Shown here in pieces: positions 51,723-64,000 of a DNA stretch of 64,000 nucleotides (position 1 is its first letter; every line of letters begins with the position of its first letter). Source of the DNA: Octopus sinensis (lineage: Eukaryota); NCBI RefSeq assembly GCF_006345805.1, contig NC_043003.1, forward strand, positions 10,912,001 to 10,976,000, in the 5' to 3' direction. A program made the translations under genes and the position numbers. A model generated the notes under the pieces. That model worked only from the letters and a program-made list of their open reading frames with translations. It had not been told where the DNA came from and did no database searches.

Positions 51723-52036
51723 ATGTATATATATATATACAAAATGCACCATTGCAAGAAGAAGAAACAATATTCACCAAAGCTGCCGGTACCAGTGCTG
51801 CCAGAAACACATACCAATGCCACAAGTAAACTGCACCAATATTGGTTTTAACTTGGCGATGAAACATAGAAGCAATAACAGAAATGGATTCGTCAGATGT
51901 GACAAATTAATATTTTTACTATTTAGATAAGCTCTGACAGGAAAGAAAGCCAGGTGTTCTGGTTTGCAATAATGAAAACAATAACTGTGTGTGTGTGTGT
52001 GTACGTATATATAAATATGTGTGTGTGTGTATATAT

Positions 52037-52081
<45 letters not shown>

Positions 52082-52377
52082 CATACATACAACTACACAT
52101 TACTGGAATATGATGATATAATTTTGCATACACACACACACACACACACAACACACATATATATATATATATATATATATGTACATGTGCATGTGTGTGT
52201 ATATATATGTATGTATGTATGCAAACACACATAACTATATGTATACACACTCACACACACAACATAGTATGTATACACATACATATATACACAAACACAT
52301 ATACAATTATAATATGTCAACACATGTAAATACACATGTACACACTATTGAAATATATATATACATACATACATACA

Positions 52378-52409
<32 letters not shown>

Positions 52410-52470
52410 CACACATGTATATATATGTATAAATTTATATGCACATACACACACAGACACACACACACAT

Positions 52471-52529
<59 letters not shown>

Positions 52530-53139
52530 CAAATATGTATATGTATAGGTATACACAAATACATACAACTGTAATAGAAATTATTCACATCACAGATGCA
52601 TATATACACAGACATTGATATATGTAAATACATTTATTGACATTTGTATAAATACTACCATATACCTCTGCTCATATGAATGTGTGCATACCTTTCACAG
52701 ACACACACAATCACATACGACAGGCTTCTTTCAGTTTCCATCTACCAAATCCACTCACAAGGCTTTGGTCAGCCTGAAGCTATAGTAGAAGACATTTGCC
52801 CAAGGTGCCATGCAGTAGGATTGAACCTGGAACCATGTGGTTGGGAAGCAAGCTTCTTACCACACATTGTTATGCCTGCATCTATATATCCCCACGTAAA
52901 AGTTGATGTAGTGTTAGAACACAAGATACTGTGATATTTATTATGAGAGAACTTCTTGCGTGGTCTTTTGGTGCATATAAACACCCTTGTTTATGTTGCT
53001 AGCGCAAGAAAAATCCTTGATTACTGATGCTGTGACTACCAGATCGAATGGTTTCAGACTTCTCTGGCCTTGTCAATGGTAGATACCTGACTACTGGAGA
53101 CAACAGGGATATCTCATGTAGTGATATACATGAGGGAGT

Positions 53140-53635
53140 TACAAGTGGGAGAAATATGAGAAAGAAAGGGAGGAGTAGGATATATAGGGGTTTGGAAAAG
53201 AGGGAATTGAATATGAATGGGAGGGAAAGTAAAAGGGGGAGGAGGGGAAGTAAAGGGAGGAGGAGGGGAAGTAAAAGATGGAAGAAGAGGAAAAGTAAAA
53301 GATGAAGAAAGAGGAAGGAATAAAGGGAAGAGGAAGAAAAGTAAAGGGAAGAGGAGGAAAAGGAAAGGGAGGAAGGGGAAAAGGAGAGGGAGGAAGAAGG
53401 AATGGAAAGGAAAGGGAGGAAGGGGAAAAGGAGAGGGAGGAAGAAGGAATGGAAAGGAAAGGGAGGAGGAGGAGGGAGAGTAAAAAAGGAGGAAGAGGAG
53501 AAGTAAAGGGAGGAGGAGGAGGAGGAATAGTAAAGGAAGGGGAGGAAAAGGAAGAGGGAGAAATGGCAATGAGAAGAAGAGCAAGAGGAGAGAGAGAGAG
53601 AGAGGTTGATGGAGAGAGAAGGGGGGAGGAGTCAT
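53140..53635. repeat. Polypurine (G/A) low-complexity tract
   Basis: Direct inspection. Confidence 0.9.
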
Positions 53636-53879
53636 AAAAATGTGGGTTAAAAGTGAAATGGTAAACATTTTTATGGTTATTTTATTGAGAATTAATATTG
53701 TCTTCATCAACAGACTATGTCGTGTGTGTGTGTGTGTCATGTGTGTACTGGCTTGTGTGTGTGTGTGTGTAGTGTTTTTTGAGTATGTATGTATGTGTAT
53801 ATACTGGCTTGTGTGTGTGTGTAGTGTGTGTTGTGTTTTTTGAGTGTGTGTATATGTATATACTGGCTTGTGTTGCATG

Positions 53880-54935
53880 TGTGTGTAGTGTGCATGTGTG
53901 TAGTGTGTGTGTAGTGTATGTATGTGTAGTGTGTGTGTGTAGTGTATGTGTGTAGTGTGTGTGTGTGTAGTGTGTGTGTAGTGTATGTATGTGTAGTGTG
54001 TGTGTGTAGTGTATGTGTGTAGTGTGTGTGTGTGTAGTGTATGTATGTGTAGTGTGTGTGTGTAGTGTATGTTGTAGTGTGTGTGTGTGTAGTGTGTGTG
54101 TTTGTAGTGTGTGTAGTGTGTGTGTGTAGTGTATGTGTGTAGTGTGTGTGTGTGTAGTGTGTGTGTAGTGTATGTATGTGTAGTGTGTGTGTGTAGTGTA
54201 TGTGTGTAGTGTGTGTGTGTGTAGTGTGTGTGTAGTGTATGTATGTGTAGTGTGTGTGTGTAGTGTATGTGTGTAGTGTGCATGTGTGTGTAGTGTGCAT
54301 GTGTGTAGTGTGTGTGTAGTGTATGTATGTGTAGTGTGTGTGTGTAGTGTATGTGTGTAGTGTGTGTGTGTGTAGTGTGTGTGTAGTGTATGTATGTGTA
54401 GTGTGTGTGTGTAGTGTATGTGTGTAGTGTGTGTGTTGTGTAGTGTGTGTGTAGTGTATGTATGTTAGTGTGTGTGTAGTGTATGTGTGTGTGTGGTGTG
54501 TTGTAGTGTGTGTGTAGTGTATGATGTGTAGTGTGTGGGTGTAGGTAGTGTGTCGGTGTGTGTGTGTAGTGTGTGTGTGTAGTGTATGTATGTGTAGTGT
54601 GTGTGTGTAGTGTATGTGTGTAGTGTGAGGTGGTGTAGTGTGTGTGTAGTGTATGTATGTGTAGTGTGTGTGTGTAGTGTATGTGTGTAGTGTGCATGTG
54701 TGTAGTGGTGTGTGTGTAGTGTGTGTGTAGTGTATGTATGTGTAGTGTGTGTGTGTAGTGTATGTGTGTAGTGTGTGTGTGTAGTGTAGTGTGTGTGTAG
54801 TGTATGTATGTGTAGTGTGTGTGTGTAGTGTATGTGTGTAGTGTGTGTGTGTGTGTAGTGTATGTTGTGTAGTGTGTGTGTAGTGTATGTGTGTAGTGTG
54901 TGTGTGTAGTGTATGTGTGTAGTGTGTGTGTGTTT
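53880..54935. repeat. ~1-kb (GT)n-GTA compound minisatellite
   Basis: Recurring GTAGTGTATGTATGT / GTAGTGTGTGTGT / GTAGTGTATGTGT units. Confidence 0.9.
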
Positions 54936-55787
54936 TGTTTTTGGAGTATGTCTGTATGCATTTGTGCGTATATGAATGTGTGGTTGTGTATGTGTATGTA
55001 TGTATGTATGTGTGTATGTGTATATAATGGCTTGTGTGTGTAGTATGTGTGTGTGTATGCATTTGTATGTATATGAATGTGGTTGTGTATGTGTATGTAT
55101 GTGTGTATGTATATGTGTGTGGACGTGTTGCGTGTTGTGGAAGTGTTGTGTGTGTATATATATGCATGTGAAGGAATTGTGTGTATATGTGTGTGTTTGT
55201 GTTTGTGTGTGTGTATGTATATGCATGTGAATGTACATTTGTGTGGAGGTGTTGTATTTGTGTGTGTATGTTTCTATGTGTGCATCTGTCTATGTATGTG
55301 TGGAAGTATTGTGTATGTGTGTGTGCATATGCATATGTATGTGTATGTGTGTATGTCTGTGTATGCTTATGTGTGTATGCATGTGTATGTTTGTACGTGA
55401 ATGTAGGTGTACATTTGAGTGTGTGTGTGTGTGTGCGTATGTGTGTGTATGTGTGTGTGTGCACGTGTGTGTGTGTGTGTACGTGTTGTGTATAAAAATT
55501 GTATGAAGCAAAAATTTATCTCCCAATAATCTCTATCTCTCAGTTTATTGATCTCTCTGTCTGTCTGGCCATCTGTGTATCATCTTCTCTCTCTGTTCCT
55601 CTCTTGTTCTCCACACACATACACGCATACACACATAACGCATATACACACACATACACACAGGAGCAGTGAGGAGAGTCGTGAGGTCAATACCCTCTGT
55701 AAAGTCAGCTGGTTTCAGAAAGGGTATTATCCAACCGCAAGATCCAAACTAGAAAAGAAGCACGAGTGAAATGAGGCTCCCCTAACC

Positions 55788-56251
55788 TAGGGGGGTCATC
55801 AAATTTTTTTCACAGCAAGCCAGATAACTGAGAGAATATACACACACATACACAGTGGGTTACCAAACTTTTTACACCATGGGCCAGATAACTGAGAGCA
55901 CACACACACACATACATGCATGCATACACACATACATACACACACATACACACACGCACATGCTCTCATACACAAGGGTTACCACACTTTTTCCACCGCG
56001 GGCCAGATAACTGAGAGAATACATTCACACATACATACATACATGTATACATACACACACATACACAAATACACACACACATACACATGAAACTTCTTTT
56101 AGTGGGCCAAATAACTGAGAATACACACACACATACATACATACACACATACACATACAACCACATACATACACATACACACACATACATACACACACAC
56201 ATGGGTTACCAAACTTTTTTACGGTGGGCCAATTAACTGAGAATACACATA

Positions 56252-56282
<31 letters not shown>

Positions 56283-57065
56283 TCATATACAGGGGTCACC
56301 AAACTTTTTTCTCTCCGGGCCAGATCACTGAGAGAATACACACACACACATACATACACACATGTACACACACATACACACGCATCCATACACAGAGGTC
56401 ATCAAACTTTTCTGATGGTGAAAAGCTGAGAAAAAAACGCACACACAAACATACATACACACATACATACACACACATACACTCACACACACAAACACAC
56501 ACACCCATAAATAGGGGTCACCAAACATTTTTTCACAGTGGGCCAGATAACTCAGAGAATACATACACACATACATGCACATATGACAAGCGCAGGCCGC
56601 ATAACCGTTTTGTTCAATATAATACAGTGAATACACAAAAAATAAAAACAACCAGCATATTTATTTACCAAAAAGTTTTCGAAGAAGGTGACGTTTAACA
56701 AAAAGATAGTTATATCAACATCCGATGCGCACATAATCAAATCTCACAAACTAAGTAGCAAAAAAGGTTGGTGAGATTTGTGAAACTGGTGTTTAGTTTT
56801 TAAGACGTCATCAATATTTGCTTTGGAATTGCTGCATCCAACCAAGAGAATTGCTTTCAAATACTCACCAATCAACCTCGTTCAATGGGCTGACTTCACA
56901 TTCTTCATTATTGAAAAACGTTTGCTCACAGACATAAGTTGTTCCAAACACTGATGCCTTAGCAGAGGCAAATGAACTCTCATTGCAGGTACTTACAGAA
57001 AAGGTACAGTGCGGCGGGAGCGGGTCGGAATACTGACCTCGCGTGCTGTAGTTTGGTGACCCCTG
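55788..57065 (-). mobile_element. Internally deleted hAT (Buster/SPIN/Charlie-type) transposon
   Basis: TIR CAGGGGTCACCAAAC (57051-57065 inverted; best left copy at 56290); candidate 8-bp TSD CCCTAACC/CTCTAAAC; minus strand 56975-56770 reads VFGTTYVCEQTF(fs)SIMKNVKS..TRL..YLKAIL (hAT dimerisation domain). Confidence 0.85.
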
Positions 57066-57082
57066 CTCTAAACCATCTAGGC

Positions 57083-57404
57083 CAAGGGTTCTCAGCCATT
57101 TTCAGCAATGGCCTCCCATAGCCATTTGATGTTTATAAACTAGTTTTATAGAAACCTCTTTCAAAATTACTATTTTGTTCATTTGTCCACATTTTCATTT
57201 GTGTACGTAGAACTATGTAAAATGTTAAGGAAAGAAACCTTGTTTATTGCAATGCAATACAAACAAATACATACAAAATGCCAAATCTTTTCAGGGGCCC
57301 TTAAAATAATGTTGTGGATCCCCAATTTACTATTTTATGTGGACCCCCTGCCCAATCTTATATGGACTCTCAGGGGTCATACGGACCCAAGTTGAGAACA
57401 ACTG
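57083..57404. mobile_element. Probable hAT-type MITE
   Basis: Imperfect TIR CAAGGGTTCTCAGC / GTTGAGAACAACTG; GGACCC subterminal motifs. Confidence 0.5.
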
Positions 57405-59059
57405 AACTAAGGGAAGAGTATCTCTTGAATGCATGATGAGGGGACCATGGTGGCTCTTCCTACTTGAACCAGTTTGGAAAGTGAATGTAGAGCAATGATA
57501 ATGAAGATTCTTTTTCCAAAGGTATTAGAATTTAATTCTTTAATTATTAGTCAGATCCACCACAAGGCCCATTCCTTGTTGTGTTGTGGTGGCCAGTGTG
57601 CCTCAATGATCTTGAGAGCTTTGCCAGTGGAGTGTAAGCATCCTGTCTTTAAAGATGTTTTTGCATCAAGCCAAGATATTCACAGTAAATAGCAGTGAAA
57701 ACTTAACATCATGCTCACATGATAAAATTTAAGAGAAGGTACAACCAGCATACATATTCTTTCAGTATATCTACCAGTTTATTGGGAAGGTTAAGAGGAA
57801 AGAAATCAACAATATTAAAATATAATGGTGTTCTTGAGCAAGACATTTTATTTCACATTGCTCCAGTTCTCTCAGCTGTAGAAATGAATTGTGACATCAC
57901 TGATGCCAAGCTGTATCGGCCTTTGCCTTTCCCTTGGATAACTTTGGTGGCATGGAGAGGAGTGGCCGGTATGCATGGGCGACTGCTGGTCTTCCATAAA
58001 CAATCTTGCCCAGACTTGTGCCTTGAGTAACTTTCTAGGTGCAACTCCATGGTCATTCATGACTGAAGGGGATCATCACCCTTTAATTTTCAAAACTGAA
58101 ACCAATGTCAATAGATTTTAAATGTTTCATCTCATTAAAACTGTTACTGGTTTGTGCCATCTTTTTAGATGCAATACAAAAGACAAGAGATAATGTTAAA
58201 GTGTAGACATGAAAACAAACATCTAAAGAACTTTCACTTTAAAATGTTGACTGGATTTTTATCACTCTAGGTACATGTCCTCAGATTGCACTTTCCTCAG
58301 ACTGAGACCCAAACACTTTAAAATGTTTGGTTTGGAGCTTATGGTGTGAATGCTAAACATTACAGTATGTCATTTCCAAATTTGTGGCAGAATGAATTGC
58401 ACCATGGTGCCGTTTTTCTCACAGACAGTGCCCAACTGACCCTACTATACTGTGGAGTTGACAAAATCAAAAACAAACAATACACATACACAAAATTTAA
58501 ATTATAAAATAGAGACAATTTACCCATCGTACCCTGTATATGTGTAATTGTGGTGGTGCGTGGCTTAGTGGTTAGGATGTTAGATGCATGATCGTAAGAT
58601 TATGGTTTCAATTCCTGGACTGGGCATTGCATCGTGTTCTTGAGCAAAACACTTCATTTCACATTACTCCACTCCACTCAGGTGGCAAAAATGACCAATC
58701 CTGAGACAGACCAGAGTCCTACCCAGGGGCGAAATATGTACACCATAGAAACCAGAAAATTGGTCCTTATGAGTCGGTGTAACTCGAGAAGGTAACCTTT
58801 ATCTTTTTAGATATGCGATTCTGTTTCTGTATAAATGCATGTTCGCATTTGTGCATTTGTGCATGTGTGTCCAATGTGTTCGTAACATGAAGACGTTCTT
58901 CTGTTGTCTTGAGAATAAATCTAAGAGCTTCTTGGACTCCAGAGAATTGACACTAGAAATGCTTGAATGGAAGCATTTCACAGATTGGTCTTCAGACTTT
59001 GACATTTGCGAGAGAAAATTAAAACAACAGAATCCCATTGACAAGAACCGAGAAGATAG

Positions 59060-59390
59060 ATGACACAGATGATGACGATGATGACGATAATGATACAACC
59101 GGAGGCAATGGCAAGGGGGAAGATGGTGCAACAAGTGGTGGTGGGGGGTTGTCAGTTGTTGTTGTTGTTGTTGTTGTGGTGGTGGTGGTGCTGGCGGTGG
59201 CGGTGTTGTTGTCATTGTTCAGGTTGACAATTATTATGTTTGTATTAATACTCGTGCTGACAATGAAGAAGATGATGACAATGATGACGATGATGATGAT
59301 ATGACGATGAGAGGCAAAGTAGTAACAGTGGCTAACAACAATACTACTGCTGTTGCTGATGGTGATGGTGACTGTCGTCATCCTTATGAA

Positions 59391-59474
<84 letters not shown>

Positions 59475-60483
59475 GATGGCGATGATGATGGTGATGATGA
59501 TGATGATGATGATGTGATGAGGATGACGGAAAAGGGCAAAGTGTAGGAGAGAGAAAAGTTGGAGAAGAAGGAGGAGAAAGAGAAGAAGAGGAGAAAGAGA
59601 GAGAAGAGGAGACAGAGAGAGAAGAGGAGACAGAGAGAGAAGAGGAGGAGGAGAAGGAAGAGGAAGAGAAGAAGGAAGAGGAGGCAGAGAGGGACAATGA
59701 CGAGAAGAAGGAAGAGGAGGCAGAGAGGAAAGATGAGGTGGAGAAGGAAGAGGAGGAAGGAGGAAGAAAGGGAAGGAGAAGGGGAAGAGGCAATAAGAGG
59801 AGGAGAAGTAAAAGAAGAGAAGGAAGAGGAGGAAGCGGAGGCAAAGAAGCAAGAGGAGGCAGAGAGGGAAGGGGAAGAGGAAAGAAGAGGTGGAGAGGGA
59901 CGAGGAGGAGGAGAAGGAAGGGGATGCAGAGAGAAAAGGGGATGAGGGAGAGGAAGAAGGAAGAAGAGGTGGAGAGGGAAGAGAAGGGGAGAAGGAAGAA
60001 GAGGAGGTGGAGGATAAAAATGATGAGGATGACAACAATGGCAACAACCCGAATAATATTGATGGCTATGGTGGCAGTGGTTTTGGTAATAGCAGGTATG
60101 ATGATGATGATGTTGATGATGATGATGCTAATATCATTGGTTGTGTTGATGGAGGTGGTATTAATGATGATTACAATGATACCATGGGGTGGTGGGCAGA
60201 TGTGGACGTAGCTTGATGTTGGCGATGATGTTTCTAATGATTATTATAGACATAATTGGGTAATGATGATGATGATGATGATGACGATGATGATGATGAT
60301 GATGATAAAGATGACAGTGGTGGTGGAGGTGATGGTGGTGTCGGGGACAAGTAATGGCTTTGCAATGACAATAATAATTGGGGGAGGGGATGCTGACGTG
60401 GAGCTGGCGTCAGAATGTGATTGATGATGTTGCTGATGATGATGGGGATGGCGTTGGTGATGATGATGATGATGACGATGATG

Positions 60484-60515
<32 letters not shown>

Positions 60516-61029
60516 AATGGTGATGATGATGATGGTGATGATGATAATGCTGCTGATGACATTGCTGCTGCTGCTTATGATGGTGATGGAGATGTTGATG
60601 ATGATAACAATGCCACAGCCACCACCACCAACTGCTGCCAATGATGGTGATGATGATGATGATGATTATGATGATGATGATGATAATAATGATGTTGTTG
60701 ATAATGATGGCAATGATGATGATGGTGATGATGATGATGGTGATGATGATAATACTGCTGCTGATAATACTGTGGCTGCTGCTGCTAATGATGGTGATGA
60801 AGATGATGATGATGACGATAACAATGCCACAGCCACCACCACCACCACACCACCACCACCACAACTGCCACAACAGCCAATGCCGCCAATGATGGTGATG
60901 ATGATGATGAGTATGACGACGACGACGATGGCGATGACAATAATAATGACAATGATGATGATGATGTTGACGATGACGACGACGACAATAATGATGGCGA
61001 CGATGATGATGATGATGATGATGACGATT

Positions 61030-61068
<39 letters not shown>

Positions 61069-61145
61069 CTGGCAGTGATGACTGTGGTGGTGCTCATGAT
61101 GACAATGATATCAGCAGCGATGGAAATGATGGGAATGATGAATAT
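59060..61145. repeat. (GAT)n and polypurine low-complexity field
   Basis: (GAT)n at 59270-59520 and 60260-61100; G/A tract at 59540-60015. Confidence 0.9.
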
Positions 61146-61744
61146 CATTGAGCCATACTCATCTACGCGCATTCCCATATATGTCCATACATGCATATAT
61201 ATACACATATATACATACATTCATACTATAGATTCCCATATGTGCATATACAAACATATATAAGCACAACACACACACACATACACATAAATACATGTAT
61301 GTATATTACATATATATAGATATATATATATATATATATTATATAATATATATATATATATATATATACATATAATATATACCCACGGTATCCATAAATT
61401 TTGCATAGACTCTCTCCTCATACATATGGATGTCCTATATTTGTAATTATGCAAATAAATATGATCGTTAGTGGATAAATGGATGCACCAATTTAAACAA
61501 ACAAATAAGACATCATCAATCATTCAACCTACCACAAAACTATGTCTGTTTGTCACTCTGTGTGTGTGTGTGTGTATGTGTGTGTGCGTGCGTGTGTGTG
61601 TGATGAAACAAATGTATAGACTGTTATAGATTTTTATTTATAGGTCCCTCTGCAGATAGTAACAGTTTAATCATCCTTTCTCTCGCTTTCTCTGTTTATA
61701 TATAACACACACACACACACATTCACACATGTGTGTACATCCAT

Positions 61745-61789
<45 letters not shown>

Positions 61790-61962
61790 TTCACACAGAG
61801 ATATACAGATTACAGTAGATATACAGCCATGATTTGTATATGGGGGTATGTGCAGGCTTTGGTATCTGATTCACAAATAGATATGTGTTCAGTCATATTG
61901 ATGTCCATACATATTTGTGTAGATGTATGTATATATGTGTGTGTATGCATACATACACACAC

Positions 61963-62017
<55 letters not shown>

Positions 62018-62379
62018 GAATAGTGAAAGAGAGAGAGACAGAGATAGGTAGATATACATATAGTAATATCTAATATATATATATATGTATACCAACACAC
62101 ACACACACACACAGTGAGAGAAAGAGTGATAGAGATAGATATATATAATATATAGAGAGAGAGAGAGAGGTAGATAAATAGATACATGCATACATACATG
62201 CATGTATGCACACACATATGGACATACACACACATGCAAACACACACAAATATACATAGATATATGTGGGTGTGAATGTATATATTTATGTGTGTATGGT
62301 TTTATTTGCTAAGCTTGAAGGCGGGGTCAGTTCCAATGTCCTTTGATCTTTGGAAGCTCTCGGAGACCTGTGATTTGGA

Positions 62380-62640
62380 TGCTGTTAATATTCTGTTTAA
62401 ACTGTTGCAGGTCAATAACTTCTGGAAAAAATGTAAATAGGGATTCCAGAGGGATAATGCTTTGGGGAAGAAGGACTGTTGAGTATAGTGATTAGTGCCA
62501 TGCCAAAGCAGTCAATGCAACGAGGGTGACGAAAGATAGAGGGATGAGAGGGTCAGAGGTACCTGAGTGGAGGTGGTGTGAGATAAGACAGCCAAGGGGA
62601 CATAGACCATTATAGTAGTTTTAGAGGAAAATCAGGGAGG
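62380..62640 (-). pseudogene. Decayed LINE ORF2 C-terminal fragment (CR1/Jockey-group-like)
   Basis: YYNGLCP...TNHYTQQSFFPKALSLWNP..FPEVIDLQQFKQNIN, matching the SFFPR..LWN.LP...FK motif. Confidence 0.55.
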
Positions 62641-62869
62641 GCGGGGGATAACACACACATACACACACGTGTATACTTTTTACCAAATCGACTCACAAGG
62701 CTTTGGTTGGCCTGAGGCTATAGTAGAAGAAACTCGCCCAAAACGTCACAAATTGGGACTGAACCCAGAACCATGTGGTTGGGAAGCAAAATCCTTACTA
62801 TGCACCCAAACCTGCAGCTATACACACACACACACACACACACAGAGACAGACCTACACACATATCTGG

Positions 62870-63060
62870 CATTCGCCATGACAGATCGCTAGCCACTAAG
62901 CCTTTTTCTATTTTCTCTCCCTGTTTATTTCTGTGTTCCTTTCTGTTGAAGAGCATAGGCTTGAAACGTAAAAGACTTTCTCACCTTCCCAAGCGTTAAA
63001 CTAATACATCTGTTTGTTGTTTACACACCTGTCTTCATCTTTTGTTTTTTTTGTAAATTT
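62870..63060 (+). mobile_element. Penelope-like relic with variant hammerhead-like motif (62939-62974)
   Basis: CTTT-CTGTTGA-AGAGCATAGGCTT-GAAA-CG-TA-AAAG; homolog at 4862-5050. Confidence 0.4.
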
Positions 63061-63100
63061 TCTTTCTTCCTCTCTCTCTCTCTTTCTCTGTCTCTCTCTG

Positions 63101-63134
<34 letters not shown>

Positions 63135-63173
63135 TCCTCTTATATATAATATATATATATACATACATACATA

Positions 63174-63227
<54 letters not shown>

Positions 63228-63800
63228 ATATAAATAATGGAAAAACTAATTTCTGTGTGTCACACTTAAACCCTCTCTCTCACTATTCAATGACACTCCT
63301 ACTATTCCTCATGATTGGGTGAGAGTAATAGTAGACATAGAGATGGTGAGGGTGGTGGTGAAGACAGATATATATATATAGAAAGAGAAGGCGCGAAAAA
63401 AGACAAAGAAATTTAGGGAGAGTTGATATTTTACTAAAAGTAGTAGTGTTGATGGTGGCAGTGGGAGTAATAATAAGAGAGAAAGAAAGAGTGGGTATGT
63501 GAGAGAAAGAGGGAGATTATGTACTACTTTGTCTAACCATGTCTCTTTGACAGGAATTCCTGTCACCAGCATACTGAACACTATCATTTTGGTGATGACT
63601 GCACCCCAAACATTTTTTCATTATTTTCCCCATCCTAAAAGAGGTCGCTATCCTTGAACTCATGTCTCATGCCAGTAGCTATACAATGGTAAAAAACTAA
63701 ATAAATAAATGGTAAAAAACATTCCAAATTGAAAAGAAATCTCTCCTCTCCCTCTTACTGCCTCTCTACATTTCTATCTGTCTTTCTATCCATCTATCTA

Positions 63801-63879
<79 letters not shown>

Positions 63880-64000
63880 AATCTATCAATCTGTCTGTCT
63901 GTCTGGCTCATTGTCTATCTATCTATCTATTTATCTCCATCTATCTTTCTCTATGGTGGTGGTGGTGGTGGTAGCTGGGGCAGTCAGGGATAATGGTGAT

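Noticed and set aside
53114-55464. 615-aa and 575-aa ORFs
   Set aside because: His/Thr/Tyr repeats from the (GT)n-GTA minisatellite; open in several frames; no domain signal
58950-59003. Hammerhead-like CTGAAGA...GAAA on the minus strand
   Set aside because: Stems I and II do not pair, and GAAA is sequestered in a 9-bp hairpin
59019-61263. Poly-Asp/Met/Ile/Glu ORFs
   Set aside because: Translations of (GAT)n and polypurine tracts

Overview
Eukaryotic, AT-rich, repeat-saturated intergenic or deep-intronic DNA. The SINE and RTE families resemble those I recall from octopod cephalopods (Octopus-like); that assignment is not verified here. I found no intact host protein-coding gene, and nearly all long ORFs in the supplied track are microsatellite artefacts. 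Retroelements: a 5'-truncated RTE LINE (~3 kb) whose RT carries an inserted PHD finger, many RTE 3' tails, four tRNA-derived SINE families (one as a 5-unit array inside a single 17-bp TSD), and Tx1/L1-like and CR1-group LINE fragments. DNA transposons: a non-autonomous Helitron, a Buster/SPIN-type hAT relic with an amplified terminus, mariner relics and TTAA-flanked piggyBac-type MITEs. The most notable signal is at least eight sequence-divergent type I hammerhead ribozyme folds, plus several degenerate ones. They sit in Penelope-like relics, several as inverted repeats. All eight have a GUA cleavage triplet and a short, mostly palindromic stem III, and several have an unusually long stem II.
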